Source: Felis catus
Taxonomy: Eukaryota
Direction of reading: 5' to 3'
Assembly (NCBI RefSeq): GCF_018350175.1
Contig: NC_058383.1
Coordinates: forward strand, 5,086,001-5,150,000
Length of the DNA stretch: 64,000 bases
This document shows, piece after piece, positions 1-10,221 of this stretch. The translations under genes were made by a program, and so were the position numbers. The notes under the pieces were generated by a model. The model searched no databases and was not told the origin of the DNA. It was given only the letters and a program-made list of their open reading frames with translations. How positions within the stretch are numbered: the first letter of the stretch is position 1; the number at the start of each line of letters is the position of its first letter.

Positions 1-95
1 TTGGATGCTCTGTTCTCCTCTCTCTCTGTCTGTCCCCCGCTCATCCTCTCTCTCTCTCTCTCTCTGTCTCTCAAAAATAAATAAAGCATTAAAAA
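1..95 (+). mobile_element. CAN-SINE 3' end (truncated by window)
   Basis: (CT)n tract followed by tcaaaaataaataaa tail. Confidence 0.8.
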
Positions 96-129
96 TTATT
101 ATGTTTAAATTTTTTTATTTGTTTTTAAT

Positions 130-318
130 TTTTAACTTTTTTAACATTAAAAAAATATTTTGGGGTGGGGGATGGGCAGAGAGAGAAAGAGACAGAGGAG
201 CCAGAAGTGGGCTCTGTGCTGACAGCAGAGAGCCTGACGTGGGGCTCAGACTCACGAACTGTGAGATTATGACCTGAGCCCAAGTAAGATGCTTAACCGA
301 TGAGCCACCCAGGTGCCC
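130..318 (-). mobile_element. CAN-SINE (SINEC_Fc-like)
   Basis: Reverse-complement tRNA-derived head ...tgagccacccaggtgccc with GA-rich body. Confidence 0.85.
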
Positions 319-436
319 ATAAAAAAACACTTTTTTTTAGATTCATCCTGTTTGAGATTTGCTCAGCTTCTTGACTCTGTAGGTTCACTTCATTCGCCAC
401 ACTTGGGAAGTTTTCAGCCATTATTTTTCAAATACT

Positions 437-659
437 TTTCTTTTTTTTTTTTTTTTAACATTTATTTATTTTTGAGAGACAGAGAGAGACAGCACAAGCA
501 GGGGAGGAGCAGAGAGAGAGGGAGACACAGAATCCAAAGCAGGCTCCGGGCTCTGAGCTACCAGCACAGAGCCTGATGCAGGGCTCGAACTCACAGACCG
601 CGAGATCATGACCTGAGCCGAAGTCGGCCACGCAACCAACTGAGCCACCCAGGCACCCC
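437..659 (-). mobile_element. CAN-SINE (SINEC_Fc-like), full length
   Basis: Poly-T tail, GA tract, body and head ...gagccacccaggcacccc. Confidence 0.92.
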
Positions 660-1913
660 TATTTTTTTTCTTTTTTCTTTTAATCTCGAATACTTTTCCT
701 ACTGTGCCCTCTTTCTCCTCTTTTTCCAGAGCTCTGATGACACGAATGTCAGCTCAGATCCTTGAGGCTCTGTTCATTTTTTTATAGCCCAATTTCTCTC
801 TGTTGTTCAGACTGGATAATTTCTGTTGCTCTGTCTTCAAGTTCACTGATTGTTAGCTCTGTCACTTCCATTCTATTGCCACCCCATCCATTGATTCAAA
901 AACTTTGTTTTTTTTTTTCCATTCTAAAATTTCCGTTTGGTTCTTCTTTGTACCTTCTCTTCCTTTGTATGTTTTGTTCATTTTTTGCATCTGTTTCAAG
1001 CGTGTTCATAATTGCTCATTGAATATTTTTCTACTGACTGCTTCAAAAATCTTACTCAAGTGACTCTAACATCTCTGTCATCTTGGGATTGGTGTCATAT
1101 ACCAATTGTCTTTTTTCATCCCATTTGGTGTGATGTGGGATTTCCAATTGTATCCTGGACTTTTCGGTACTTTATGCAGTCTTAGATAAATATTCTGTTT
1201 ACACCTTCTTCCTCTGACACCTCCAGCAAAGGAAGCGTGGGATTCCTCCTCTTTACTAGCGGGTGGGGGCGGGAATGCAGGTTCCCCCCTTGGTGTCTGT
1301 GGACATCCTGGGTTGGGGGAAAGAATAGCTGGTTACGGAGGAGTGGAGATGGAGTTTCTGGCTCCCCCAGGCCTCTGCTGACACCACTCTGGCTGGGAAG
1401 GTCTGGGCACCTCATGACCGCTCCCCACATGGCCTCCACTGATACTCAGGGACCAGGTGGCCTTGTCACTGCCACTGGTCAAAGTCCTGACTCTCTCCGA
1501 GGCTTTCTCCGACATCACCCCAGTGGGGGGAAACAGGGCCCTCATTACTGCCTGGCTGGGATGAAGTCCAGGTTTCCTGCTTGGCCTTCTCTGATCCCAT
1601 TCTGGGAGCAGGCATTGGCTTGGGACACCTCCTTTCAGCTGAGGAGGGTGGAGGTCTGGGCTCCCCACTCAGCCTTTTGCTGACATTGGTCGGGGTGCGG
1701 CTGGCTGGAGTACAACCTTATTGTCTAAAAGTTTTCCGCTTTGCTAGGCTGCACTTTTCCTGATCCTTTGGCTAGAGAGGGCAGGCTTTTGTTGGGGCTT
1801 TTCTTTCCTTTTTTTTTTTTTTTTTGTCTTTTTTGTTTGTACCGGTTGGTGTTTCTGGGTTTCTGGCTTCTCCAGTTCAAGTCTGGGATCTCTGAGGCAA
1901 AAAGAAAACCCAA

Positions 1914-2124
1914 AGTGCCTTGGTGGCTCAGTTGGTTAAGCATCTGACTTGGACTCAGGTCATGAACTTGAAGTTTGTGAGTTCGAGCCCTGCATTGGGC
2001 TCTGTGCTGAGAGCTCAGAGGCTGGAGCCTGCTTCAGATTCTGTGTCTCCCTCTCTCTGACCCTCCCCTGTTCATGCTCTGTCTCTCAAAAATGAATAAA
2101 CATTGGGGGGGGGGGGAAAGAAAG
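1914..2124 (+). mobile_element. CAN-SINE with TSD aaagaaaacccaa
   Basis: Head gtgccttggtggctcagttggttaagc; TSD at 1901-1913 and 2125-2137. Confidence 0.92.
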
Positions 2125-2321
2125 AAAGAAAACCCAAGGAACTCACCATCATGTCACTCCTTGGGTCACAAGGTGCCTAGTCCCTCTCTCCTTGTTTCCT
2201 TTCAGGGTCTTCTTGTGTTTGGTTCATATACAATGTCCACGGACTTGTACTGAGTGGGAGGAATAGAGAAAAACACTTCTATCTTTCTGGAATCAGAAGT
2301 CTGTCTAAATTACATTATTTT

Positions 2322-2755
2322 ATTTTTTATAAATTTTTTAAAGTTCATTTATTTTTGAGATAGAGACAGTGTGAGCAGGGGAGGGGCAGAGAGACAGAGG
2401 GAGAGAGAAAGACTCCCAAAAAGGCTTCATACTGTCAGCAGTCAGCATGACGCCTGACCCAGGGCTCGAACTCATGAACCATGAGATCATGACCTGAGTG
2501 GAAATCAAGAGTTGGACGCTTGAGTTGGACCGATTGAGCCACCCAGGTGCCCCTGAAGAAGATTATTTTGTAATTTTTAATGTTTTTATTATTTATTTAT
2601 TTTTGAGCTGTCAGCACAGAGCCCTATGTGAGGCTTGAACCCGTGAACCATGAGATCATGACCTGAGCCGAAGTCAGTTGCTTAACTGAGCCACCCAGGC
2701 GCCCCTAAACTACATTATTTTAAAAAAGAATTTTTTTAATGTATTTATTTATTTT

Positions 2756-2793
<38 letters not shown>
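2322..2793 (-). mobile_element. Cluster of two CAN-SINEs (2322-2553, 2570-2705) plus a truncated (GA)n SINE tail (~2729-2793)
   Basis: Two heads ending ccacccagg(t/c)gcccc; flanking repeat taaa(t/c)tacattatttt at ~2306 and ~2706; long (GA)n. Confidence 0.85.
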
Positions 2794-2795
<2 letters not shown>

Positions 2796-3473
2796 AAACA
2801 CTAGCAGTTCACCCAAGGGCACCACAGTGATAAACTTTAACAGCATGTATTAAATGCTAAAACTGTATTGATCAAGCAGCAGATCTGTAACGATTAAATT
2901 TATATGACTAATCTGTTATCGAGGGAGATGTATTTGAGTGGTGTGTGTGCACACAAGATCCTAACCCTCCCTTCCCCCCCCCCCCCGAGAAAAAGAGCCT
3001 TTGCCCCCTGCCAGGGGGTGGAGTAAAGATTTTCAAGGCTGTTACAGCCACCCTGGGTGCTGAGATCTGACATGTCCATCATCAAAAGTCATTGGCTTCT
3101 GGCTCCTGTCGAAACCCTGGGGCCTGCTTGGTGGGGGTGCTAAGAAACGGGTTGTTGAACGAATGAAGTGACATCACAGGAAGAGCACGGAGTCCCCAGA
3201 TTCCTTTACACCACTGCACATATGGGACTGTGGCTGTGAGAACCCAGTTCTTTAGAGGTCCGTTCAGCTATGAGGTGTGGGACAATTCACAAGCGGAGGG
3301 CATGGAGTGTATGGCAAGGAACATTCCAGAAGGCAGATGTGAAGGACAAGACAGCAGCTAGAAGGTGGCAGTGACAGTGGGAGCCCTTACTGAGATTCAG
3401 CTTTGCCTCCCCATCTCGTTACGCAGATTCTGCCGGTCTTGTGAATGAGTGAGCGAGGAAACTTTATACTTCT

Positions 3474-3690
3474 TCTTTTTTAATGTCGATTTATTTATTG
3501 CTGAATGAGAGAGAGTGCACGCAAGCATGAGTGGGGGAGGGGCAGAGATAGAGGGAGAGAGAGAATCCCAAGCAGGCTCCGCGCTGCCAGCACAGAGCCC
3601 GAAGCGGGGCTCGATCTCACCACTGCAAGATCACGACCCGAGCTGAAATCAAGAGTCGGACGCTTAACTGACTGAGCCACCCAGGCGCCC
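3474..3690 (-). mobile_element. CAN-SINE
   Basis: Full body and head ...gagccacccaggcgccc. Confidence 0.92.
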
Positions 3691-3699
3691 ACTATACTT

Positions 3700-3915
3700 C
3701 CGTTCTTGGTGATGATGGGGATTGACTGACACCTGTTGTGCACCATGCCCTGTATACGGTAGCAGGTAGTTCTAGCTCCCAGAACGTACAGGGCAGAGTT
3801 TGTGGTGGTCCCATCTCAGATGCAGAAGGTAGAGCACAGAGATGTGAAGCAACCTGTTCAAGGCCACACAGACAAGACATGGAAGCCCCTGGGCCATCTG
3901 ACTTTAGAGCCTACA
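3700..3915 (-). mobile_element. MIR
   Basis: Resembles reverse-complement MIR core (cccatctcagatgcagaaggtagagcacagagatgtgaagcaacctgttcaaggccacacag...tctgactttagagcc). Confidence 0.6.
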
Positions 3916-5569
3916 TTATCCCATTAGAAGACATGATGTGCTGTGATGCATCACGACCAAGACCTAACGACCTTACTGGGTTTTTGTGGGGCTTTTTCAC
4001 AAAGGCAACAAATGACCAGAACTCAAGGCCTTATACGTCAAAGTGCAGAATTCCATTTGCGTGCACACAGGTAGGCCCTGGGGGTCACATGGCACTCAGT
4101 GATGTGTGTTCTGTCACTTAGCTGCTGGCTAGGAGCTCACTTTCTATTTGGAGGACCGTGATCACAGACAGATGTTCTATGTACTTATGTTTGTCATTTT
4201 CACCCTTTTTCTTGTCCGTTAGTACACTCTGAACCCCAGGGTGGAGTTTCCTGGTGACTTCAAGCTGCACACTGCAGACTCTGACCAACTTCCAAAGGGG
4301 ACCTTTTTAAATTAAAAAAAAAAAGTTATTTTTGTTTTTTGGTAGGTCAGGGACGTACTATAAAAATGAAGAGCTAGATAAAAACAACCCAGTTCTTTAT
4401 TACTATAAAAGACACCTTGCATGTAATAATTCTTCATACAGATGTCACCTTGAGTGGGTATAAAGCCTTTCTACCCAAAGACAAATAGCTTGAAGCGGTA
4501 GCCAAAATATTTTTTTCAGAGTTTACCGTTAACACAACGTTCGAGTGCCTTTTCCAGCAGAGATGCAAGTTACTAATCAGTCTAAAAGGAATTGAGCTGC
4601 CCTTGGGAAGTTGAGGCCAGGGAACCTTTGTCAGTTGTGTGGATTCTAGGGGAGAGGACAAGACCAAGGTGGACTGTTTTGAAAATTGGAAAGAGAGGCG
4701 GAAGCCATCAAGGACATGATGTCTGGGCTTTTGAAAATTTAATGAGGATGTGTCTTGACACTTAGACCCCGTTGGTTGCCTAGGCAGAGTGGGGAATGCT
4801 AATGTGCACAAGGTCATCTCTATTCCAACGAGATGTTTTCTTTCCGAGATGAAATTAGATTTCGGAAAGCATTATTTTCCTTCCGTGACCGTGAGCTGAC
4901 AGTGAGCTGGCTGCTGTGTGCGCGGCGCCTTCCCTGGACTGGACCAGACCCCTGAGCAGATGTAACGGATTAGCTGAGGTTCCCATCTGCTGACAGTCAC
5001 TGCCGTCTCTGCTTTTCTGTGCAGGGTCTGAATGCATGGGTAATGCAGGCGGCCTAGGCAGCCTCTTTCTGGCTGAGCAGGAAGACACAGGCCTTGGCAG
5101 GGTTTTGGCTCTTGTGACTTGAGTGCTAGGAGAGGACACTTTCTGTCCAGTTTCACAGACTTCCACTTGGAGGATGGAGATTGATGTACAAAGGAGAAGT
5201 TCTCTGACCTTTCCGGAATGTGCACATTCTTGATTTCTTAAACTATTTCTGCAATGGTCAGAGGGCTGATAAATGGGTTTCAACATGTTTTCAAGAGGTG
5301 TCCTCCTTTGGATGGCCCTGTTCATTCAGCAGCAGTAACAAAAGCTGTTGCTTTCTCCCTTTCTCTGACATGGCCAGGCCCTGCGGTGGATCGTGGAGGC
5401 AGAATAAATACAGACTATAGTCTCCGTCTGAAGGAGTTTCAAGGCTGCGAAGCTGATACACAGGAAACAGCAAACACTGTGAGAAAGTCTGGAAATAGGC
5501 TAGGACATCAAAATTCAATTTCAGAGTTATTTGTGTAATTATTTGCCTAATGGCTGTAATCCTTCCAGG

Positions 5570-5680
5570 TCTTAAGTCCCCTGAGGACAGGGACCAAATT
5601 GATCTTTTTCATCATCATCTTCCCAGCACCTGGGACAGTGCTTGGACTACAGCAGGTTCCTAAATACTTATTGTCTAACT
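5570..5680 (+). mobile_element. L2 3' end fragment
   Basis: cccctgaggacagggacc...cccagcacctgggacagtgcttggactacagcaggttcctaaatacttattg resembles the L2 3' terminus. Confidence 0.55.
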
Positions 5681-5991
5681 GAGGGATTGCAACGGGGTTT
5701 CAGGTTTAACACTTGTTATCTTGGAGCCCCGTCTGCCGCACAAATTGTTTTTCTTACAAATTCATTTATAAAGCTTTCAACTTCTGATGAAACCACACAC
5801 ATGCTGGACATAAAGCAAATGCCTATCTTAGTGGGTAACTGGGATACTTAATGTTCCTCTATGTGGGGCAACCTGAATGTGTGCAGATTAGATAAATGCT
5901 ATCTTGGTGGGATTTAAGAGATACTGAAAAAGAGCTTTTTTTAGTTAGTAATTTGAAGTCTTCTAATTTCTCCCTTCAAGAACAGGAATGA

Positions 5992-6185
5992 GGGGCTCCT
6001 GGGTGGCTCAGTCATTTAAGCATCCAGCTGTTGGTTTCAGCTCAGATCGTGATCTCACGGTCTGTGAGTTCGAGCCCCGAGTCAGGCTCTTTGCTGATCG
6101 TGCGGAGCCTGCTTGGATTCATTCTCTCTGCCCCTCCCCTGTTGTCTCTCTCTCTCTCAACAATAAATAAACTAAAAACAAACAA
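5992..6185 (+). mobile_element. CAN-SINE
   Basis: Head ggggctcctgggtggctcagtc, CT tract, A-rich tail. Confidence 0.9.
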
Positions 6186-7322
6186 CAACGGAAATGACAT
6201 CCTAAGCCTTTATTACCCCAACATTTTTGCAGGCTTTGTCAAAATGGAGGCGCTGGCTGAACTGTGGGGATAATCTAACATTCTACTTACAGATAACTGG
6301 GCCACGCTTTATTCTGATGGAAGTTGTCTTAGATGGACATCAGAGAGCAATTTTCAGATTCAAACTTTGAGAGAAGCACCTTGGATCACATGTTAAGAAA
6401 CCTAAAGAATGAGGAATTTGACATTTAAAAGCTGTTATAATTGATAGTATCTTTGAGTAAGCTCCACATATTACATTATCAAGTTCAAAGTGTGCTGTCA
6501 TTTTTCTCAGTAACCATACTGTTATCTTCAAGATAACCGAGCTGACAGGGACATGATCAGGAAGCCGCGTCTGTAGGCTGGGACTTAAACGTCCATCTCG
6601 GGACACCCAGAAGTGTGCGCGGTCACTGCAGAAGCACAGGAACGCTGGGTGTCTCATTCCCGAGGTTATTGGGAGATTGCACTCTGGAATCATACCACAA
6701 CCTTGAACAAAAAGGTGAAAACTTTCCACTTTGATAAATGACAGCGGAAGGAAACAGGCCATTTGTAAATATAAAATCGTTGATTAGAGATGAATTATCT
6801 CCTCCATTACAGTGTTTCCTTTTCTTTAATGCAATTTGGTTCAAGCGAAATGAACAGAAAGGCTAGGGAGGGCGCACGTTCAATGCTTCAGGGGAGTTAC
6901 TGGAAGCAAGACGTGGACGGAGAAAAGAGAGCCACAGATCTGGGGCAGGCCGAGCGAGCTGAAGCCTTCTGCCCAGGAGGCCTGCGCCTAGGACCCTGGC
7001 TGTGCCCACGGGAAATTGAATTCAGAGCTCCTTCTGCATCATAAATCCAGGGCAGCTGGCAGCTCTCCAAGGGAGACTGGAGAGACAGTGCGAGAGCATC
7101 TGAGGCCAGCCAGCCGGGCCAGCCCCCAGCTGAGGGGGGGACCCAGGTGTGCGGATTTGGGGTCCAGCCTTACACTCTGCTAATTTTAAAGTGCGCTCGT
7201 CGCCAGCAAAGAAACGTCTTCATTATGCATCAGAAAGCCGGTTACTCGGAAATGCCGCGGGGCCCAAGGGGCGAGGCCAGACTTTTGAATGTGTGCGTTT
7301 CTTGAGCTTTTTTTTTCCGGAG

Positions 7323-7332
7323 CGCACGTGCG
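7323..7332. promoter_or_regulatory. Second palindromic E-box CGCACGTGCG
   Basis: 10-bp palindrome with a CACGTG core at the 5' edge of the island. Confidence 0.35.
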
Positions 7333-7574
7333 AGGAGGACCCTCGGCGCCGGGGTCTGTAGAAGTGGCATCCCGCGCCCGGGACCCCACGCGCGTCCCCA
7401 GGCCGCGCGAAGGCGGGGGAGGGCGCAGCAGGGGTCGCCGCTTCCCGGGCCCCCTCCCCCGCCGCCCAGAGTCGCGTCTCAGCCCAGCCGGGCCCGCGCC
7501 GCGCAGTCCGGGAGGGGCCGGGCGCGTTCCCGCGGGCGGAGCCGCGCGGTCCCGGGCCCCGCCCACCGCGCCCG

Positions 7575-7584
7575 GGGGCGGGGC
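7575..7584 (+). promoter_or_regulatory. GC box (Sp/KLF site)
   Basis: Exact GGGGCGGGGC about 190 bp upstream of the ATG. Confidence 0.7.
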
Positions 7585-7589
7585 CTGCG

Positions 7590-7601
7590 CGTCACGTGAC
7601 G
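7590..7601. promoter_or_regulatory. Palindromic E-box CGTCACGTGACG (CLEAR / USF / MiT-TFE type)
   Basis: Perfect 12-bp palindrome containing GTCACGTGAC, 5 bp downstream of the GC box. Confidence 0.7.
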
Positions 7602-7771
7602 GCGCGCCGAGCGGAGAGCGCCCCGCCCGGCCGGAGGAGGCCCGGGCCGCGACCCGGCGCGCGCGCTGCTGGAGCCGCCCGGCCGCACGCGCGCTCCGCA
7701 CCCGCGGCGCCCACCGCCCGCGGCCCCTCGCCCGCGGCTCCGGGCTCGCCGGCAGCGGGAGCGGCCTCAAC

Positions 7772-7808
7772 ATGGACGAAGACGGCGGCGGCGGTGAGGG
7801 CGGCGGCG
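7772..7808 (+). CDS. CYTH3: CYTH3 (cytohesin-3 / GRP1 / ARNO3) first coding exon; partial CDS, phase-1 donor
   Basis: Strong Kozak context (ctcAacATGG) inside a CpG island. Translates MDEDGGGGEGGG plus 1 nt, followed by the consensus donor CG|GTGAGT at 7809. Matches the recalled N-terminus of mammalian cytohesin-3 (human MDEDGGGEGGGVPEDLSLEEREELL...), where the split codon gives Val. The identification rests on only 12 codons plus the exon architecture. Confidence 0.88.
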
Positions 7809-10115
7809 GTGAGTGTCGTCGGAGGTGTGGCCGGCCCGGGCTGGCGGCCTGGGGCGGGGGTCGCGGGCGCGCCGGACGGGAGCGGGGTGGCGGGTCCGGG
7901 GTCGGGGGTCCGGGCAGCGCCCGTGCCGGCTGGCGACAGGCGAGGCCCGCGGCGCGTCGGCCCGGGGCCCAGCGGAGGGGGGCCGGCGGGGTCGCCTCCG
8001 AGCCCGAGCGGGGGCCCGGGGCGAGGCCGGGGTCGCTGGCGGCCGGGGTGGCCCGGGGGCTCGGCAGGGCGCGGGGGTCGCCCTCCCGGGGCGGGGGACC
8101 TTGGGGGCGACCTTCCCCGCCTCTCGTCGCCAAGGGCGTTCACGCCCTCCGGAGCCTGACCGCAGGAGGCTGACCCCCCCCCCTCCCCACCCTTCGGTGT
8201 CTCTTCCCAGGTGGTAGGAAGCGGGGTATCCCCGAGAAATGGGGAGGGGAAAGTTCCGAATTGGGGATCCTCGGGGTCCAAGAGGGGCGGGTGGAGGGAC
8301 AAGGTTGAAAGCCGTGTGCCCGTGTGCCGGGCTTTAGGTCACAAGTGGTGCGTGGGGAGGCTTCAACGAGGAGTGGGCAGCCGGGGCACAGGCATTTTAT
8401 GAACTGGGGGACGTTCCGGGTTAAGCCCCCCAAATAAGCCCGGGGCATCCCGCGCTCAGGTGAGAGCAGCAAGAGCCGGGTTGTGTGCCTGACGCCCAGT
8501 TAATTTGCAATTGTTGTGGATGACTTAGTGGCGTGCAAATTACTGTCGTGTCATGCTGCGAATCACGCCCGTGAAGCTGCATTTACGCGCGTGTGTGGAG
8601 TGGGGTCGTTGGTTTGGAAAGCGGAGGGGTTACCACCCCTGTCTTGCAGGCACACCCGAAGTTGAGGTTCTCAATACTTTGGCTGAAGATCTCCTTGATG
8701 CCGACAGACGGGATCTTCAGAACCCCTTGTAATAAGGGAGGGTTTTGAGAAAAAAAAAAAAATCTTAATTACAGGCTGCAGCCGCCTGTGAGAATCAGCA
8801 GTCTCGAGCGCTTTCAGGTTGAAGTGGTTGGTTAATCAAGGTGCGTTCTAAGACTGTAAGGGCTGCCCGAGAGGTTTGTGCCCCAAGAAGCGATGCGGCT
8901 GTGATCGTGGGAAGCTGGCAGGCTTGGTGGCATTTGTCGAATTCAGTTCTCATAGTTAAAGCTAGGGATAGCACTGTGGCATCGAGTGGGTGTGTTGTTT
9001 TTCGAAAGAAAGTGCTGTGGAAAGAAGGAGCCGAGTTGCAGAGCCTCCTACAAGCCAGGCTGTCTGCCTGAAGAGTCTAAGCGATGGATTCTCCCCAGAT
9101 CCCCTGCCTCCTGCCTGTCACAACTTGGGTAACACAACAGGCATACAGCAGTTTTTCCCTTTTACAGAGTAAACAGGCATCACGTTTAAGCATTTGACAT
9201 CAGAGTCAAGGTAGGCAGCCGGCTTGGCAATTTTTGTTTGGAAGGCGTTTCCGACTCCTGTGAATAAAGACATGGAGACGGTTTCAAGGTAAAAGCAGAT
9301 ACAAAGATTAGAAAAGGAAGTCAGCGTGGCCCAGCAGTTTACAGATCTTGAGTACTGTAGCAAAGGATGTTATTAAGTATCAAAAGTCTTAAAACTTTCT
9401 CTGGGCTACTGATTTCCAGATTGTATTCCCAGGAGAGAGGTTTTCAAAAATGTCATGCTCAAAGATGTGCCTGATACTGTTTGTAGTAAGTAGAAAATCG
9501 GGAATGGCAATGCCCGATAGGAGGAAGGTGAGGTCAATTATGGGAAGTTTATTGATGAAATGTTAGAACCATTAGAAACAAGCAGTTGCTTTATATGTCC
9601 TGGTGGAAGCAACGTAATGTAATGTGAATGTAACGTTTTTCTGTTTTCCAAGTTTCTGGAATGATATGCATTACTTTCAAATTCGAATTAAAGAAAAACC
9701 GTATTAAAAAAACCCTGTGCATTGGGAAAAGGGTGTGATTGCTTTTAACGTACCGTTTAATCCACTAGAACAATTGTCAATGACCAGTTGTTTATTTGTC
9801 TACTAAAATGCCCAGCAGCATGGTAGGTGCCGGAAAATAACTTTTAACCTTTACTGATAAGGTTTATTATCTTCTTTGAATTATAGGAGACACTTAAAAA
9901 TAAATTTGGCAGTCTTAGAATAAATATGTTTTTGGGTAGATGAAAGCCTTAGAGTTTTGAAATAAGAATCGTTGTATAGCAATTATGATACACATTTGAT
10001 GTGCTTGTATTTGACTATTTGGGGAGGTTTTGAAGTTAATATACCTCTTTAAAGTTCTTTACAGTTATTACTGCCATTTAGATAAAAAAAAAATTCTTTG
10101 CTTTAAAGCTCATGT

Positions 10116-10221
10116 TAAAAAAAAAAAAGATGTTTAATCGCTACACCCAACGTGGGGCTCGAACTCACCACTCCGAGATCAAGAGTCGCATGCTCTTCGT
10201 ACTGAGCCAGCCAGGTGCCCC
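10116..10221 (-). mobile_element. Short CAN-SINE (no CT tract, SINEC_b-like)
   Basis: ggggctcgaactcaccactccgagatcaagagtcgcatgctct...gagccagccaggtgcccc; decayed TSD taaa(gc/at)tcatgtt. Confidence 0.8.

Larger units (their letters stand above)
340..2290 (-). mobile_element. Ancient L1 (L1M-type) ORF1/5' region remnant, interrupted by SINEs
   Basis: T-rich antisense L1 ORF1-like motifs, e.g. ctgttgttcagactggataatttctgttgctctgtcttcaagttcactgatt; subfamily uncertain. Confidence 0.55.
7250..8460. promoter_or_regulatory. CpG island / TATA-less promoter, 5' UTR and start of intron 1 of CYTH3
   Basis: Very high GC content with undepleted CpG, contrasting with the flanks; contains the ATG and first donor. 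Confidence 0.92.

Noticed and set aside
5992..6085. tRNA-like A-box/B-box sequences (tggctcagtc...gagttcgagccc), recurring many times
   Set aside because: These are tRNA-derived CAN-SINE heads, not tRNA genes; each continues into SINE body sequence.
1..7200. Possible upstream neighbour gene (e.g. FAM220A, which I recall lying upstream of CYTH3 in human)
   Set aside because: No ORF resembling it was seen; the region is mostly repeats.
7186..8302. Long overlapping ORFs on both strands in the CpG island (315, 294, 236 and 187 aa)
   Set aside because: Low-complexity Arg/Gly/Pro/Ala translations expected from stop-codon scarcity in GC-rich DNA; only 7772-7808 has Kozak, donor and homology support.
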